NCBI GenBank assembly: GCA_002633005.1
Contig: NMRA01000049.1
Span: 196,913 to 249,346 of the forward strand
Reading direction: 5' to 3'
Length of the DNA: 52,434 nt
From: Phoronis australis
Lineage: Eukaryota; Animalia; Phoronida
The notes under the pieces are model-generated. The model was not told the DNA's origin, did no database searches, and saw only the letters and a program-made list of their open reading frames with translations. The number at the start of each line of letters is the position of its first letter. Position 1 is the first letter of the stretch. Made by a program: the position numbers and the translations under genes. Of this stretch, positions 48,415 to 52,434 are shown piece after piece.

Positions 48415-51147
48415 ATGTATCGCTATTCTATATTCTTTGAGGTCCTAAAAATCACTACCTGGGCAATTCTGTGAAAAGGTCAACGTTGACACAAAAGATT
48501 AAAATTGTGGCTACACTAACATTTTTGGTCTCATCTGAAAGCCCATTCTCTTTAGTTTCAGGACCCGTATTTTACTGTCCTATAACTTTCAAATTTTTGC
48601 TTAAATGGACCCATTTCTGGGGGTCACTTGACCCTAAAAATTAGCCCAATTTTCATGTGTGTTGCTAATTATTGACTATACTATCAATTTTGTGCAATCA
48701 CATGAACCCCAAACTTTATAAAAAATAGCATTTCAACTTTAGCACATCACTGACCTCTTGAGGTCAAAGGTCAACTCCTGGATATCATGGTGCCATACGT
48801 ACATCACAAAAAAGTGTTACGTTTAAAATTTTTAATCGAAATTAAAATGATTTCAGATTCTCTTTTAACTTGTTACTCAATACTATTGACCAGAATTTTG
48901 GATCCCAGGGATTATTCGTTTAGTCAGAAATTGTGTGACAGATGTACAGCAAATTTGTACGTCCGTCACGTCCGTCCGTCACACCCATGAAATTGCTATT
49001 TTTCAGCCAATAAGAATAACCTTAGGTCATATTTTTACTTTCTAAACTTGCATGATAAATTGTGCCTCACACCTAAGAACATTAAAACGATAAAATTTTA
49101 CAAAGGCATCTTTAAAATTAAGTGAAGATGTTGTTACAGATTTTAACTAAATGCATTGATTTTTTTTCAATTTCAAAAGTATTTGCAGAAAAGTTATAGT
49201 TTACAATGTCATCTAGTTATTCTTAGTAGAATTCAACTTATTAAAATCAAACAGTTGTACCATATTATAAAATACAAATAAAATAAAATGTTAATTTATT
49301 GAACTTATTGTTTTTCTGTTGGTACCCCATGTTAGTAAAGAAATGCTTAGCTTTTGGGAAATTCAAGATGCAAAAATATTCATACAAAAGAAATCCTAAG
49401 GTGATCTAGAGTATAGCAAATAACAAGAGACCTAAAGGAATACGTGTCAAGTTGCTATTGCACTGGAATCAACATGTTATTTCTGCTCTGACCTTCTCTG
49501 CTGTGTTTTGTGTTGAAAAAACCTATACTGGAATTTTCAAGCGGTAGGAATCTGTCACTTACTTTATTGAGCATTTTTGTCACACCCTCACTGGCAGTAG
49601 GCATTCTTTTTGCGTTTTTCAGTGTATTGGGTCATTGAGTGGCTTGTATGAAATTATTTCATAGCAGATTATTACATTGTCTCATCTTACATATTTTTGA
49701 TCCTTCAATCTTTTTAAGAATTAAGCCTAGTCGACTAATTTTTTTCTGCTGAGCTTCGAGGAGGTTAAACCGTATTTAGAAAGGATAGAGGAAATTGTTG
49801 GAGACCACGAGAAGAACAGATGCAACCGAGAGAAGAATAAATATCTGCTGGAATATTCTCAGAAACTCGAAAAAAAATGCCATCGTGGATCAAGAAATTC
49901 ATAAAATTTTGTACTTGCGCGTTCTGTGATGTGGCATTATTTAAAGCCTCTAATTAAATTTGAAAAGAAGGCATGAGTTAAAGAGCTGGATGAAAACCTA
50001 ATCATTTTGATCACTAAATAGAAACCAGCATCTGATAAGTTAGCTCTACATATTCCTAAATCCTAATCCTAAATGCAGTTAATTTAAAATGACTTGTTTT
50101 CACCCTGGAAGACAGCATGGTGATTTGAATCAAAATATGAATGCCAGAAGTCGATGATGTCTACTAAACCATGTGCTTCACACTTGGTTTTAATAAGACA
50201 CTGAAGTCCTGTTACTAATACTTTAAAAACATCACAGTTATTACTAACATTGGGCATGCATCACAACCATTGACAGCATGGACCAGAGAGTAATTTTGTA
50301 CAAGCTCTAAGGACAAAGTTCTAGTTTAAAAACAAATAATTAAAATTCATTTTTATGACAGTGATTAGTAATGTTTCAAACTTTATTTCACATTTTATAT
50401 TTTGAATGTTATATTTACTTATTAGTTTTGAATTAATGTTCTATTTAATGCTTAAAAACAGATTTTCCTGATAACTAACAGCTGTCAAATACAAAATGAT
50501 TATCACTCTCATTCCAATTGATAATGCTTACCCTCTTCAAAAGGAAGTGATGATTTTAGGTGATTGTTTTATATCTTTAATTAAATGTATTGAAAAGTTA
50601 AAATGTTAGACTATATTCCTAGTGTAGCCCCACCTGTGATGATTTTGTGCTAAAAGTCAATCGGTACATTTTAATTAAAAAACATTGAATTAGTAGCATA
50701 AGGCCAATATAGCTTAAATGCTGCAGAAGTTTGAATCATTCTGAATTGATATCTTAGTCACAACAAACAATTAAATACTAGAAATTCAGACCGTTGTCCA
50801 ACATGTACGTCCGTCACAGTAACTTAACTTATCGAGCTGTCTGACAAAAATTTCTTTGCAGATTGGAACACCAAGCGACATGGTGTTCTGGTGTTTCATA
50901 TTCCATCCAGCATTTTGGGCAGCAAGAAACTGTTGCTCGACCTATTGTTATATAATTATATTTCTGTGGGTTACAGTGACCTGTAATCACCTGCATTATC
51001 AACCACAGTTAAGACCTGGTCTCATGCGAGTGAGCAGTAATTTGAGACCAATTTTGTAATGGCAAATGGCGTAAATCAAGTTTCCTTCTTGGACGAAGTG
51101 TGTGTTACAGGCTCTGTAATATGTTTGTTCTGTTCTTATTCTTCTAG

Positions 51148-51226
51148 TGGGCAACATACCTTATGAAGCCACTGAAGAAACGATGAAGGAGATCTTTCAA
51201 CAGGTTGGACCGGTAGTCAGTTTCAG
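51148..51226 (+). CDS. CSTF2: Cleavage stimulation factor subunit 2 (CstF-64), coding exon 2 (79 nt); gene continues beyond the window
   Basis: ttcttattcttctag|(V)[25 protein letters not shown](R)|gtgagt matches CstF-64 [22 protein letters not shown] and the phase of exon 1. Confidence 0.95.
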
Positions 51227-52434
51227 GTGAGTAGCAATCACGCTAGTAACCAATATTAGTGGAAGCAAATACTATCGTTGTGTTTAATGCATGTGTTGAA
51301 AGAGGAAAGTTTCAATTTGTCAGCTGCTTGACCATTATAAGAAAAGTCTTGTATTAGTTTTGTTTACAAAAAATGTCTTGAATTGCAATGCAGGCTTCCT
51401 TTCTAAAATCAAGAATTAAGTAATATCAGGAAGAGATAACCAGGAAGGGACAACTGTTTTAGCGCAGTTTAACGTGATTTCAAACGTGATTTCAAAAGTA
51501 AATGTTCAAGTTATCTGGAATCCAAGCATTATTTTTGAAAGATTACCTCTTTAGCTATAAAATGACACCACTTTGGTCCTCAAAGACTGCATATTACTGG
51601 CACTGGGATGCTTTGAACGTGACATGTTTACCCTTCCAAAAGATGCTTCTTCCCAGGCATGTACTCGGGCATGAGCCTCTTTTTTGAACCAACAGATGTC
51701 ACTAACATATGCAAATGAGACTCGCATCGCTACGTCATACGACGTCATACGGCGCGAGCTTCCAATTTAAAACGTCAGGTGCCTATAGTGTATGACTTGA
51801 AACGCAGTAGTCTACTTGATCGGGTATATCCTAGTATGATTTCAAGAAAAATAAGAACTCACCCAAGTCAATGTTCAAAGAACATTGAGTATGGTTTCAC
51901 ATGAAAATACATTTCATTGTATTTTGGATACGCTTGCGTGTGTGTATGCGTGGACTTTGTCATTTTGCTTAAATCCAGATTTAAAAGCAGAAATTCAGTA
52001 GCGTTAGCCCTAAGCCACGGTGGCCGGTGTCGTGGCGGTCCCCGGGAAGTCTGATCCATGCACGTGCAATTCGATGAACTAATGCTAGTCGCTGGTCAGC
52101 TCCGCTACGATTCATTTGGGACGTGCGGCTTTGCTCGAACCTATGCCCGTGTTCTGGCTCCAGATCGTTTTTTGATCCCCAACGGTTTCGGGAAAAGTTC
52201 ATTTTAATAGGGTCATTCCCTGAAGATTTTTTAAAAAGTATGGTCCCCGAAGTCCTTGGCCTATAGAGCTCATCAAAATTCCTTGCTGAAACACGGCCAC
52301 TTGTCCAGCTTCTGCCGGGCGGCTGGGGAAAATGAACGTGTGTCCCAAAAATGTACACACTTCAACGCCTGCACTTCAAGTTCATTTCTCGTCAATCACT
52401 GGCCGCGGATTCTACGCCGGTCTAATGCATGACT

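Noticed and set aside
51868-52358. Minus-strand 125- and 63-aa ORFs
   Set aside because: CpG-rich repeat-like sequence in CSTF2 intron 2 with no protein signature.

Overview
This is AT-rich, repeat-dense eukaryotic DNA, most likely from an invertebrate animal, and it comes from a draft assembly with N gaps. Protein genes I can support are: (1) an intronless cytochrome-b5-fusion membrane desaturase (7657-8997, +) that resembles fungal/protist/nematode front-end desaturases and has an atypical HIEHH third His box instead of QIEHH; (2) a complete 5-exon MPC1 gene on the minus strand (46431 to 33638, 137 aa), including a 4-nt microexon at 43231-43234; (3) the first two coding exons of CSTF2/CstF-64 on the plus strand, head-to-head with MPC1 with only 95 bp between the start codons; (4) a candidate 228-aa orphan ORF (21746-22432, -) with PP1- and calcineurin-docking-like motifs. 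The rest is mostly mobile DNA: a Ty3/gypsy gag fragment, a decayed L1/Tx1-type LINE, a degenerate THAP domain, a tRNA-derived SINE, many non-autonomous TIR elements with readable 5-, 7-, 8- and 9-bp target duplications, Helentron-like composite repeats with CTCF-like motifs, and minisatellites. All calls were made by eye with no database searches.
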